DNA of 35,600 nt, filler included, from Candidatus Fermentibacterota bacterium (GCA_016928395.1; 2 parts of 2 records of this genome joined end to end with filler, not necessarily neighbours in it); one strand, 5' to 3'. Shown: positions 20,134-29,952, counted from the first letter of the whole stretch. A program made the numbers and translations. The notes: generated by a model not told the origin, from the letters alone.

Positions 20134-20484
20134 TCACGATTTCTTCTCTTTCAGACGGGCGGCCTTGCCCTTGCGATCCCTCAGATAGAACAGCTTCGCC
20201 CGTCGCACTCTGGCCCGACGTGAGACTTCGATCTTGCTGATCACCGGTGAGTGCAACGGAAAGACACGCTCCACGCCGATGCCCCCGGAAACCTTCCGAA
20301 CCGTGAACGTTGCATCGACTCCCTGCCCACGGCGCTGGAGCACGACTCCCTGGAATATCTGTGCGCGTTCCTTGTCTCCTTCCACAACCTTCAGGTGAAC
20401 CTTGACGGTGTCACCCGGGTTGAACTCCTCCACCGTTGCAGGATCTCGCATCTGCATCCGGCTCACGGTCTGAAGTATGTCCAC
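20134..20484 (-). CDS. rplS: 50S ribosomal protein L19
   Basis: [44 protein letters not shown] 20484 preceded by GGAGG. Confidence 0.96.
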   Translation of the reverse strand: MDILQTVSRMQMRDPATVEEFNPGDTVKVHLKVVEGDKERAQIFQGVVLQRRGQGVDATFTVRKVSGGIGVERVFPLHSPVISKIEVSRRARVRRAKLFYLRDRKGKAARLKEKKS

Positions 20485-21277
20485 ATTCCACCTCCATTGT
20501 TCGAGCACCACCGTCACTTTCGTCATCGCAGGACGAGCGGTCGTGCCGATCGAGAAATCGTCTCTCTTCTTCGGAAAGCGACACAAGGTTGAGCAGATCG
20601 CGCCGCCGCTGCAGTGTACGCAAGAGGCTTTGCTGCCTGCGCCACAGAGCTATGGCCCGGTGGTCCCCCGACAAGAGAACCGGGGGAACGCTCCACCCTC
20701 TGAGTACTTCCGGCCTTGTATAGTGCGGGTGATCCAGCAGCCCGGCGCTATAGGAGTCCGATGCGACCGTCGCCGGATTGCCAACGACCCCAGGAAGGAG
20801 TCGCGTGGCCGCATCGATGAGCACCATGGCCGCCAGTTCCCCTCCGCTCAGTACATAATCTCCCAGTGACACCTCGCGATCGACCAGGTGCTCCCGCACC
20901 CTTTCATCAACGCCCTTGTAGTGCCCGCAGATGAGCACCCAGTGATCTAAACGTGCCAGTTCCTCAACTCGTGATTGGGTCAGAACCTCGCCCTGGGGAG
21001 ACAGCAGTATGATCTCGCCACGCCCGTGCTCTTGGGTGATACGCTCCACCACCCGGAAAATCGGCTCGGCCTTGAGCACCATTCCGCCTCCACCGCCATA
21101 GGGCGCATCATCGATGGTCCTGTGGGGATCGGTGGTTTCGTCCCGCGGGTTGTGCATCGCCAGGACAAGCCGGCCGGTGATCTGCGCCCGCCCGGGAATG
21201 CTCTCATCCAGGGCGCTGAACATCCCGGGAAACGGGGTGACGACGTCAATGCGCAGGACCCGTGTCGAGGAGGCCAT
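20411..21277 (-). CDS. trmD: tRNA (guanine-N1)-methyltransferase TrmD
   Basis: [53 protein letters not shown]. Confidence 0.96.
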   Translation of the reverse strand: MASSTRVLRIDVVTPFPGMFSALDESIPGRAQITGRLVLAMHNPRDETTDPHRTIDDAPYGGGGGMVLKAEPIFRVVERITQEHGRGEIILLSPQGEVLTQSRVEELARLDHWVLICGHYKGVDERVREHLVDREVSLGDYVLSGGELAAMVLIDAATRLLPGVVGNPATVASDSYSAGLLDHPHYTRPEVLRGWSVPPVLLSGDHRAIALWRRQQSLLRTLQRRRDLLNLVSLSEEERRFLDRHDRSSCDDESDGGARTMEVECGHTSDREPDADARSCNGGGVQPG

Positions 21278-21767
21278 CCAAAGCCCTCACCGTTATTCGT
21301 TGCAGGGAGACATCAATGTCCATAATCAGCGCCTTGGCGGCGGGAAGCCACCAGGTGTGGTCGCCACGTACAACGACATACACATCTTGCGCGGGCATCT
21401 CCAATACCTCGGCCACGACACCCAACATCGTTTTCGCCTCGTCCACCACAGTGCACCCGATGATCTGGTGCTGGTAGTACTCTCCCCGGGCAAGCGGAGC
21501 CATCGCGTCTTCCGGTATGAGCAGAAGCATATCGCGCATTGCTTCCGCGGCAGCCCGGTCCGCGATTCCTTCCAGGGTCACAATCACTTGGCGGCCATGG
21601 TTCCGCACGCTCTGCACGTGAAACTCATCGCCGCGGGTTTCCTCGTCGGTACGGCCCAAGCGCACAGTCCCGACCTCTCGAATCCGCTCCGGATCAGAGG
21701 TCAGCAGATCAACGGTGAACGCACCGTCAAGACCGTGGGGGCGGCGCACCTTGGCCAGTGCGATCAC
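21246..21767 (-). CDS. rimM: 16S rRNA processing protein RimM
   Basis: RPHGLDG, DRAAAE, GEYYQHQIIGC, PAQDVYVV, DGLLD; canonical position between khpA and trmD. Confidence 0.93.
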   Translation of the reverse strand: MIALAKVRRPHGLDGAFTVDLLTSDPERIREVGTVRLGRTDEETRGDEFHVQSVRNHGRQVIVTLEGIADRAAAEAMRDMLLLIPEDAMAPLARGEYYQHQIIGCTVVDEAKTMLGVVAEVLEMPAQDVYVVVRGDHTWWLPAAKALIMDIDVSLQRITVRALDGLLDTGPAH

Positions 21768-22009
21768 CCGTCAACAATCTCCAGTTCAATACGCACGCCC
21801 TTCTTGGCCGCCGCCGCGCCCAAGAGCGCGCGGATCGCCCGGGCGGTACGCCCGCCTCTGCCTATGATCTTGCCTTTCTCCGACTCGGCGACCTTGAGCC
21901 TATACAGGATCTTCTGACCCTGATCCTCCTCGGAGAGCGACACCGCATCGGGTTCATCAACCAGCGACCGGGCCAGAAGGAGAACCAGATTCCTGAAGTC
22001 CTCATTCAC
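21764..22009 (-). CDS. khpA: KH-domain RNA-binding protein KhpA
   Basis: LVDEPDAV, GKIIGRGGRTARAIR GxxG loop; between rpsP and rimM. Confidence 0.92.
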   Translation of the reverse strand: MNEDFRNLVLLLARSLVDEPDAVSLSEEDQGQKILYRLKVAESEKGKIIGRGGRTARAIRALLGAAAAKKGVRIELEIVDG

Positions 22010-22367
22010 GCGACTGGCCTCCCTCAGGATCCGCCTGCGGTGCCTCCGCTGCCTGCTGTTCCTCGATGCTTCTCCGCTCTAATGCCTCACGCAGGAATGC
22101 ATCCTTGCGTTCCTGATCCATGCGAGATAGAAGGCCGGACCGTCGAAACAGGCTGCGGACCGTCTCAGAAGGCTGTGCCCCTACGCCCAGCCAGTACTTC
22201 ACCCTATCGTCCTTGACCACGATCTCTGGCTCACCCTCCGTCCGAGGGTTATAGTGACCGACAATCTCCAGAAACCGGCCGTCGCGCCGCATGCGCGAGT
22301 CGATAGCCACGATTCGATATGTCGGGGCATGTCGTCGCCCCATTCTCATGAGCCGGAGTTTTACCAA
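22002..22367 (-). CDS. rpsP: 30S ribosomal protein S16
   Basis: VKLRLMRMG, YRIVAIDSR..RDGRFLE, GHYNP, WLGVGAQPSETV; TTG start after GGAGG; acidic C-terminal tail. Confidence 0.96.
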   Translation of the reverse strand: MVKLRLMRMGRRHAPTYRIVAIDSRMRRDGRFLEIVGHYNPRTEGEPEIVVKDDRVKYWLGVGAQPSETVRSLFRRSGLLSRMDQERKDAFLREALERRSIEEQQAAEAPQADPEGGQSRE

Positions 22368-22401
22368 CTCTCACCTCCCGCGGCGTATGCCGCCTGTGTA
22401 C

Positions 22402-23724
22402 CTACTGAAGTCGGCCGAAGGGGAACCGATGGCCGAGTTTCGCCCCCCCGACACGTTTCATCATCTTCTGCATCGCTTCGAACTCACGAAGGAGGCGGTT
22501 CACCTCCTGGACGGTCGTCCCGCTCCCTCGAGCAATGCGTTTGCGCCTACTGCCATTAATCAGTACGGGCCTGGCGCGCTCCTCCTTCGTCATGGAGAGA
22601 ATGATGGCCTCCATGCGCGCAAGTCCGCCTTCATCCACCTGCGCGTCCGCAAGCCCCAGTTTGGAAGCGCCGGGGATCATGGAGACAAGCTGCTCCAGAG
22701 AGCCCATCTTCTTCACCTGCCGGAGCTGGTCGAGGAAATCGCTGAGCCCAAGCTCGCCGCGCCTCAACCTCCGCTGCATCTCTGTGGCCTTTTCCTCGTC
22801 CGCCTGGGCACGGGCTTTCTCTACCAAGGACAGCACATCGCCCATACCCAGAATGCGCGAGGCGATCCGGCTCGGATGGAACGGCTCCAAGTCCTGCAGC
22901 TTCTCACCCACGCCGACGAACTTGATCGGCGCTCCGGTCACCGCCCGCACTGACAGGGCCGCACCACCACGGGCATCACCGTCGAGCTTTGTCAGGATGA
23001 TTCCCGTCAAAGAAAGCGTGGCATGAAACTCCTGTGCTGTCTTGACCGCATCCTGACCGGTCATGCCGTCGGCTACCAGAAGCCGCTCTTTGGGCGACAC
23101 GGCGGCAACGATCCTCGCCAACTCCTCCATCATTTCGCTGTCGATGTGCAGCCTGCCGGCGGTATCCAGCACCACGGCATCATACACCTCTCGACGCGCC
23201 CGAACGGCCGCTGCAGAGCAGATAGCGACCGGATCGCCCTCTCCGCCGTCGCAATCGACACCGATCTGTGACGAGAGCGTACGAAGCTGCGCCACTGCCG
23301 CAGGCCGGTATACATCGGCCGCCACCAGAAGCACCCGACGCTGCTGCCTTTTCAAGAGCAGCGCAAGTTTCGCCGCGGTGGTGGTCTTGCCTGATCCTTG
23401 CAGGCCGGCCAGCATGATCACCATCGGATCGATCCCGCTCCAGTGGATCGGCGCCGACTCGCCGCCTAGGAGCCGTACCATCTCCTGATGCACGATCCAT
23501 GCCACCTGATGCCCCGGAGTGATGCTGGCCAGCACCTGCTCCGACAGAGCCTTCGGACGAATGGATGCGACGAAATCCTTTACGACTCGGTAGTTTACAT
23601 CGGCCTCAAGCAACGCGAGCCTGAGCTCTCGCAGCGCCTCATCGACTGTACGTTCATCAAGCTTGCCATGGCCCTGGAGTTTCTTCAGAATGCCGTCGAG
23701 CTTGGCAGCCAGGGAACTGAACAT
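22402..23724 (-). CDS. ffh: signal recognition particle protein Ffh
   Basis: ALLEADV, GLQGSGKTTT, DVYRPAA, DTAGRLH, TKLDGDARGGAALS, SRILGMGD, SRRKRIARGSG; ATG 23724. Confidence 0.97.
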   Translation of the reverse strand: MFSSLAAKLDGILKKLQGHGKLDERTVDEALRELRLALLEADVNYRVVKDFVASIRPKALSEQVLASITPGHQVAWIVHQEMVRLLGGESAPIHWSGIDPMVIMLAGLQGSGKTTTAAKLALLLKRQQRRVLLVAADVYRPAAVAQLRTLSSQIGVDCDGGEGDPVAICSAAAVRARREVYDAVVLDTAGRLHIDSEMMEELARIVAAVSPKERLLVADGMTGQDAVKTAQEFHATLSLTGIILTKLDGDARGGAALSVRAVTGAPIKFVGVGEKLQDLEPFHPSRIASRILGMGDVLSLVEKARAQADEEKATEMQRRLRRGELGLSDFLDQLRQVKKMGSLEQLVSMIPGASKLGLADAQVDEGGLARMEAIILSMTKEERARPVLINGSRRKRIARGSGTTVQEVNRLLREFEAMQKMMKRVGGAKLGHRFPFGRLQ

Positions 23725-23751
23725 GGTGTCCCTCAAGCGTCAAAAGGGACC

Positions 23752-23779
23752 ATTTTACGGTTTGTGGTGCCGATTGCAA
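23752..23779 (-). promoter_or_regulatory. sigma70-type promoter of the ffh cluster
   Basis: minus strand TTGCAA, 16 nt spacer, TAAAAT, 28 nt upstream of the ffh ATG. Confidence 0.6.
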
Positions 23780-23949
23780 GTCCAGACAGAGACGGACCGG
23801 TGGAGTCGGCGGTCATCCGTCAAGGACAGAACCGTGAAGGATGAACTGCAGCCTCCTCGCGAGACGAAGACCTTGCGAGACTGCGACCCACTCCCCAACC
23901 TGAGCGGATATGATGTACCGAAGAGGCCTTCTGCGGTCGGAGACCCTTC

Positions 23950-24285
23950 ATGTCCGCACTCTATGATCGAATCCGCGAAGTCGTTCGCGCCATCCCGCCG
24001 GGGCGCGTCGCGACCTATGGGCAAATCGCCCGGCTCGCGGGGATCGGGGGCCACGCCCGTCAGGTCGGGTATGCGCTGCACTCCCTCCCCGAGGGCTCCG
24101 ATGTCCCCTGGCATCGCGTCATCAATGCCCGGGGAGAAATCAGCCTCAAGGGGGAGCCGCCCTGGGAGCATCACCAACAACACCTCCTGGAAGAGGAGGG
24201 CGTGCGGTTCGATGTCCGCAGACGAGTCTCTCTTAGGCGATTCGGGTGGCGGCCTGAGGCCCGGGCCCCCCACGAGAGCCGGTAG
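23950..24285 (+). CDS. alkyltransferase-like (ATL/YbaZ-type) DNA base-flipping protein
   Basis: IPPGRVATYGQIA, ARQVG, PWHRVIN (Trp replaces the catalytic Cys of MGMT), LEEEGV. Confidence 0.9.
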   Translation: MSALYDRIREVVRAIPPGRVATYGQIARLAGIGGHARQVGYALHSLPEGSDVPWHRVINARGEISLKGEPPWEHHQQHLLEEEGVRFDVRRRVSLRRFGWRPEARAPHESR

Positions 24286-24533
24286 CATCCGGGCCGTTAC
24301 GACGACTCACCCCGCACGCATCCGTGGTCGTGCTGCCCCGGGTCTGGGCCAGCATGATTCCAGGGTGCATAGAATGCAGCCCGCTGACTCCCTCATACGC
24401 CACCCATGATTCCCGAATGCCACCCTCCCCTCTTCGTCACTTGCGCATTTGAGTAGGATTCCATGTTTCATACCTGTCCGTTCACCTGAACCCCGAACCT
24501 CCCGTTCCGCACGTCAAGGAGTAGACGATCACC

Positions 24534-27365
24534 ATGAGAGTCACCGTCCTCTTCATTCTCTTACCCCTCCTGTCCCTGCACGCATCGGCCTTTAACCGGT
24601 GCGGAACGTACCTCTTCCATGAGGAGGCGGTACGCCTCGACAGCCTCTGGGGCAAGGGGCCTGCTGCCTGGGCCAAGGCCGGCGCGACGGTGCCCAGGGC
24701 CGAGTACTTTGAGGGCGATACCAAGACCTTCTACTCGTCCATCGGCAGTCGGTGGCTGCCTGCGACCCTGCGGCTGAAGGGAACGAACTGCTACTTGTGG
24801 GCGGAGGATGCCCTGTGGGGCTCCACCATCACCATGGGCAAACTCCAGGTGATGCGCACCATGTTCGACGATTCCACCGCCGCGGATCCCTCCAGGGGCG
24901 CCTACGCGATCGACGTCGAGGCCTTCGGATCCCCTCCCGATATCGACAATGATCACCGCATTCACATTCTCGTGCTCAATATCGGCCCCGCAGGTGTCGG
25001 CGGCTACTTCCGACCCGCCAACGAGTATCCGTCGTCTGTGGAGCCCACGAGCAATGAGTTGGACATGTTCTACTACGATGACGACCTCGACCCTCGGGCA
25101 TCCGCGTTCGCCGCTGCCGTTCCCGCCCATGAGTTCCAGCACATGATCAACTGGAATCAAGACGCCAATGAGGATCTGTGGATCAACGAGGGCTGTTCCG
25201 GCCTGGCGGAACTCCTGGTGGGCTACCTGAATGCCGGGGGGTGGGCAGCCACGTGGGCACAGCATACTGACGGTTCGCTTCTAAACTGGGAACCCAATGA
25301 AGGTGACTATTTCGCCACAGCATTGTTCGCCATCTACCTGTACGACCATTTCGGAGGCACCACGTTCACGCGACAGCTCCTGGCCGAGCAGGCCAATGGA
25401 ATCGCGGGAATACAGAATGCACTGGCCCATTTCGGTTTCGGCATGGACTTCCGCGAACTGTTCGCGCGTTGGAGCCTGGCCAACTTGCTGGACAACCCCT
25501 CACCGTCCTTCTACGGCGGAGTGTACGGGTACGAGATAATCAACCTTCCGGTCTCAATCGCCTTCGCCCAGGATCACGGCCTCTATCCGGTACCCTCGAC
25601 ATCGGAGACCGTGGCGGGCTGGGGAGTCGACTACGTCCGGCTGCGAGACGGAGGCCTCATGCAGTGGGCCGCCACCGGCCCCAATGACCAGTGGCGCCGT
25701 CTGGACGTGCTCCACGTTCGCTACCCGTTCTCTGATGTCGCGATGCAGGTTGTGGACCATGGGAGCATAGTAGATACTCTCATCGTATCACTGGATCGGT
25801 TCGGCGCCGACTGGGATCCCGAGGTGATGGTTGTGCTCAACACCTCGCCAACCGTCGTCACCCTGACCTATCAGGAGTTTACTCTCGTCCACCCCGATGC
25901 CGCTCCCACGGTGGCAGGCTGGCCTGCGACAGGCTTAGGAATGCTGGCCAGCAGCCCGGTGGTCTGCGACAATCTCGTGGCGGTGAGCGACCGCAATGGC
26001 GCGGTGCATCTGCTGTCCTCATCGGCATCGTCTCGGCCTGGATGGCCGATCCAACTCCCTGATCAGCTCTGGGCCACACCCACCATGGCGGATCTAGACG
26101 GCAACGGGTTGGCGGAGATCATCGTTGGAACCCGGGGAGCCATGCTTCACGTCTTCAATCAGGATGGAACCTCCCTTCCGGGATGGCCTGTCTCCTTTGA
26201 CGGCTCGACCTATGGCCTGCCCAGCCCCGTGGCAGCCGCTGACCTGGATGGCGACGGACTCCTCGAACTGATCGCCGCCAGCTTCAGTGGCGAGCTTGCC
26301 TGCCTCAAGGCCGACGGCAGCCCCCTGGCGGGATGGCCACTACAGGTGGGTTCGCCCCTGTACTCGTCACCGGCGCTAGGTGATCTGGATGGTGATGGCC
26401 TCCCGGATATCGCGGTAGCCTCCATGGACAGCATGCTCCACGTCTTCGATACCGCAGGCCAGGAAAGACCAGGCTGGCCGAAGCCCTTGTCGGCACGATC
26501 GTGGAGTGGCCCAGTCATCGGGATGCCGGTCAACGGCATCCCCGCGGTGCTGGTGTCGGATGAAGCGGGTATGGTCCATGCCTTTGACTCCTCGGGCACT
26601 CCGCTTCCGGGGTGGCCGGTGTCATTGGGCAGCCGGATTCAGTCCCCTATGGCCCTGGCCGACCTGAACGGTGACGGGGCCTCGGAAGTCATGGCCGCGA
26701 CGCTTTCGGGCGTTGTGCATGTACTCAGCGGCACAGGCGTGAACCTGCCGGGATGGCCGCGCGCCACGGGAGGCGAGATCTGGGGCAGCCCGGTGCTGGC
26801 CGACATCGACGGCGACGATATTCAGGAGGTAGCGGTTGCCTCGAAGCAGGGCAAGATCCTGATCTGCAATGCCGATGGTTCCTGTGCCGATGGCTGGCCT
26901 CTTCTGCTGGGTTCCCACCTGCAGGCGGGGCCGGCGGTGGCCGACCTTGACGGCGACGGCAGCGCCGAAATCGTGCTGCCCGGCCTCACGGGAATCATGC
27001 AGGCGTGGGCTGTGAATGTCCCCTTCGCCGGCGCAGACTGGCCTCAGACCGGGCGCAATGCCGCCCATACAAGCAGCCTGCTGGATCCCGACGCCGCGGG
27101 CAAAGATGCGGCCCTGCCCCGCCGCCTTGTCGTCTCCGTCTATCCCGTGCCGGCCGATAGGGAGATCATGGCCAATGTGCTCAACGTGACGGGATCGGTC
27201 AGGTTCGAGCTGTATGCCCTGAGCGGCAGGCGTCTCATGTCGCGGCTCATGGAGGTTCACGGGCCTGTGACTCTGGACACGGCTGGCCTGGGTTCCGGAA
27301 CCTACATGCTGAGAGTCCGCAACGGGAAAGCGGCCGCCTCTATCCCCGTCATTGTCGTGAACTAG
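24534..27365 (+). CDS. secreted zinc metallopeptidase (HEXXH + NEG, M30/M6-like) with FG-GAP/VCBS repeats and T9SS-like C-terminal domain
   Basis: signal peptide; HEFQHMI (25128) and WINEGCS; repeated PGWP and ADLDGDG..EI units; C-terminal VYPVPA...LSGR...SGTYMLRV; AAGGAG RBS. Confidence 0.85.
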   Translation: MRVTVLFILLPLLSLHASAFNRCGTYLFHEEAVRLDSLWGKGPAAWAKAGATVPRAEYFEGDTKTFYSSIGSRWLPATLRLKGTNCYLWAEDALWGSTITMGKLQVMRTMFDDSTAADPSRGAYAIDVEAFGSPPDIDNDHRIHILVLNIGPAGVGGYFRPANEYPSSVEPTSNELDMFYYDDDLDPRASAFAAAVPAHEFQHMINWNQDANEDLWINEGCSGLAELLVGYLNAGGWAATWAQHTDGSLLNWEPNEGDYFATALFAIYLYDHFGGTTFTRQLLAEQANGIAGIQNALAHFGFGMDFRELFARWSLANLLDNPSPSFYGGVYGYEIINLPVSIAFAQDHGLYPVPSTSETVAGWGVDYVRLRDGGLMQWAATGPNDQWRRLDVLHVRYPFSDVAMQVVDHGSIVDTLIVSLDRFGADWDPEVMVVLNTSPTVVTLTYQEFTLVHPDAAPTVAGWPATGLGMLASSPVVCDNLVAVSDRNGAVHLLSSSASSRPGWPIQLPDQLWATPTMADLDGNGLAEIIVGTRGAMLHVFNQDGTSLPGWPVSFDGSTYGLPSPVAAADLDGDGLLELIAASFSGELACLKADGSPLAGWPLQVGSPLYSSPALGDLDGDGLPDIAVASMDSMLHVFDTAGQERPGWPKPLSARSWSGPVIGMPVNGIPAVLVSDEAGMVHAFDSSGTPLPGWPVSLGSRIQSPMALADLNGDGASEVMAATLSGVVHVLSGTGVNLPGWPRATGGEIWGSPVLADIDGDDIQEVAVASKQGKILICNADGSCADGWPLLLGSHLQAGPAVADLDGDGSAEIVLPGLTGIMQAWAVNVPFAGADWPQTGRNAAHTSSLLDPDAAGKDAALPRRLVVSVYPVPADREIMANVLNVTGSVRFELYALSGRRLMSRLMEVHGPVTLDTAGLGSGTYMLRVRNGKAAASIPVIVVN

Positions 27366-27429
27366 CAACGACGGGCCATGGGCGGCGGGACGAGCCGAGG
27401 CGTGGGTCGTGACATAATCGGCACCGGTT

Positions 27430-29712
27430 GTGAACGGAACTGATCCCGTGACATGGTCTGACTCCCAACCCTTGCGCGTGCCCGCCCGCACGGTCGAGGA
27501 TCACCATGACGAGTTGCTGGCGGCCGTACCCTCCCTCACCGCCAAGGGCGCGGCAGTCCGGCTGTTGCTCCACGCGCGCTGGCTGCCGCCGGTAGAAGCC
27601 TCTCCCCAGACACTCTTCTATCACGTAGACACCGTGTCGCGGTTGGTCGATCTTGTCCTGGCGCCGGCTCCGTTCACCGGGCACATGGGGCTCCTCAAAG
27701 ATCTGCGTGACCTTCTGGCGCCCACACTCAATGGACGGGTCATGGCACAGGTACCGCGGCTCTGGGCAGCATGGCAGCGGGTCTGCGCGCTCAGAATCCT
27801 GGAACTGGCGATCCGCGGCCGACAGGAGGAATGCGCCACGGCGGCTGCCGCCTTGGGATGTCAGAACCACGGCGATATCGATATTGACGGCCTGCTGGCG
27901 GCATTGCTGGGTTCATGGCGGGATGGGCGCTGTGAGATTCCGTGGCATTTCCGCGACCCGGCGATCCTTCCCCAAGGTTCGGTACTCACCGTGCTGGTGG
28001 ATGGCCCTGATATCCCTTCTCAGTACCGAGAGGCGTACCTGGCCAGAGTGTCGGTCATGGTGACCGTGAAGGGCACGCGCCAGCCCACACCTCCCACGGT
28101 ACGGGCGCGGGATGCGCTGGGCGAAGATGTGCCTTTAGGGGAGGAATTGAAGGATCTGGTCCGCGAGGCCGTTGAGCAGGCCGTAGCCTTTCTCGGCCCA
28201 TCTGCCCGTGCCCGATGGCACAGGGCCCATCTCACCGTGGAACTGGACATTCGCTGCCCCTTCACCGTGACGGCCGTCACTGGCCGCTCTATCCTCCTGC
28301 CACTGACCCTAGTGATTGCACGGTGCCTGGGCGAGGAGTTCAACCTCTCGGCTGCGGTCCATCCGGATCCGGGCATCGTGTGGACCGGTGATCTCGATGA
28401 CCATGGGGCCGTGGGCAGCGTGCAGGATCTCGATCTCAAGCTAGAGCGCGTCATGGCATCCAGAGCCCGCGGATTCGCCTTTCCCGCGGCGGACCGAGGC
28501 TTTGTGGACGGCGCCAGTCCTTTCGTGCGGTCCGAGCCCCTGGCACTTATCCCCCTGACCCATCTCCAAGATGCCGGTACCTCCGCCGGGGTTGCCATCA
28601 GGAGCCGATCGGTGCCAACTCGGGCGATCAGCGGTCTGCGGCGGCGGGCCCGCCCTTTGGGCCTGGCCGGCACCGTGGCTGTGGGACTGCTTCTGGCCGG
28701 CCTCGCTTTGGTGATCGGCAACCTGGCCACTCTGCTTGACACTGCCCCGGCAACAATCCGGTTCGCGGGCGATCACCATCGCATCGAAGTGCTCAATTCC
28801 CGGGAGCGAACCCTGCGGCGCATCCCCATCGACTCGACCAGTACACGGCATCCCCTGCTGGTCGAAATCGACGGTAGAGGAGAACCCGAGATCCTCTTCG
28901 GCAGCCAGGCCAACGACTCGCCGCCGGGGATGCTCTACTGTCTCGACAGTCGTGGCCGGGAACTGTGGCGATTCCAGGGAGGATTCCGGCCGGGGGAGTT
29001 CTGCCCGGAAGGCATGGAAAGCAGATTCTGTTGCGATGCCGCCTATGTCCATGACCTTGATCACGATGGAAAGCGGGAGGTGGTGGCGGTGTTCCACCAT
29101 ACCCCTTTTTACCCGACCCAGGTGGCTCTGCTCGACAGCGAGGGGCGATACGAGTCAAGCTTCTGGCATGCGGGGCACCTGAGCGCAAATGCGTTCTGGG
29201 TCGAGGGCAGCCAAGTCTTGTTCTTTGATATCGATGCCGACGGCTATGACGAGATCCTTCTGACTGGCGCAAACAATGCCCTGAACAGTGCGGTTCTCGT
29301 GGTGCTTGATCCCCGATCCATCCACGGCCACGGGCCAACCCGTTCTTCCGAGGGCTCGTTCACGTGGCAGAGCTATGTCGTGTTCTCTCGGTCTGAGGAG
29401 TTACACACGGCCATGGGATCCGATCGCCTCCACGGGCGGGATGTACGGCTGCAGCCCTGGGCCGGGGCCTCGCGCCTGAGGCTCTCGGTGTGGGCCCACA
29501 TCTCCGGCCGCGACCGGATCGGCGCTCTGACTCTCTTTCTAGATCCCGACTTCTCCGTCATCGACATCTATGCGGCCGATGAGTTCATCCAGTGGATGGC
29601 CGAAACCCATGCCGCCGGGCGCCTGAGCTTCCGTTTCGATTCCCCCGAGTTCCAGGCTCAGATGCGCCAAGTGAAGGTCATTTCGGGACCTCCGGCGCTG
29701 CTTTACCCCTGA
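27430..29712 (+). CDS. Lon/S16-type protease domain + single TM + FG-GAP/beta-propeller domain protein
   Basis: TGRS287ILLP...WTGDLDDHGAVGSVQDLDLK337 matches the Lon Ser-Lys signature; RRRAR then a hydrophobic helix (about aa 410-430); EIDGRGEPEIL, DLDHDGKREVV, DIDADGYDEIL repeats; start codon uncertain. Confidence 0.75.
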   Translation: MNGTDPVTWSDSQPLRVPARTVEDHHDELLAAVPSLTAKGAAVRLLLHARWLPPVEASPQTLFYHVDTVSRLVDLVLAPAPFTGHMGLLKDLRDLLAPTLNGRVMAQVPRLWAAWQRVCALRILELAIRGRQEECATAAAALGCQNHGDIDIDGLLAALLGSWRDGRCEIPWHFRDPAILPQGSVLTVLVDGPDIPSQYREAYLARVSVMVTVKGTRQPTPPTVRARDALGEDVPLGEELKDLVREAVEQAVAFLGPSARARWHRAHLTVELDIRCPFTVTAVTGRSILLPLTLVIARCLGEEFNLSAAVHPDPGIVWTGDLDDHGAVGSVQDLDLKLERVMASRARGFAFPAADRGFVDGASPFVRSEPLALIPLTHLQDAGTSAGVAIRSRSVPTRAISGLRRRARPLGLAGTVAVGLLLAGLALVIGNLATLLDTAPATIRFAGDHHRIEVLNSRERTLRRIPIDSTSTRHPLLVEIDGRGEPEILFGSQANDSPPGMLYCLDSRGRELWRFQGGFRPGEFCPEGMESRFCCDAAYVHDLDHDGKREVVAVFHHTPFYPTQVALLDSEGRYESSFWHAGHLSANAFWVEGSQVLFFDIDADGYDEILLTGANNALNSAVLVVLDPRSIHGHGPTRSSEGSFTWQSYVVFSRSEELHTAMGSDRLHGRDVRLQPWAGASRLRLSVWAHISGRDRIGALTLFLDPDFSVIDIYAADEFIQWMAETHAAGRLSFRFDSPEFQAQMRQVKVISGPPALLYP

Positions 29713-29851
29713 TTCACCCCTACCGGCGCGCCTTCTCCCGCACTCCGGATGAGCCGATCCCTCCCCCCATGCCCACACCGAACTGTCCGGCGGCCAGCTC
29801 CACTCCACCCGCGTGCTGCACAACCCGCACGCAATGCCGGCATCCGCCTCC

Positions 29852-29951
29852 NNNNNNNNNNNNNNNNNNNNNNNNNNNNNNNNNNNNNNNNNNNNTTAAT
29901 TAATTAANNNNNNNNNNNNNNNNNNNNNNNNNNNNNNNNNNNNNNNNNNNN
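29852..29951. other. artificial contig linker / assembly gap
   Basis: 44 N + TTAATTAATTAA (stop codons in all six frames) + 44 N = 100 nt. Confidence 0.95.
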
Positions 29952-29952
29952 G

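Noticed and set aside
23950-24285. Active O6-methylguanine methyltransferase
   Set aside because: The motif is PWHRV, not PCHRV, so it is a non-catalytic ATL protein
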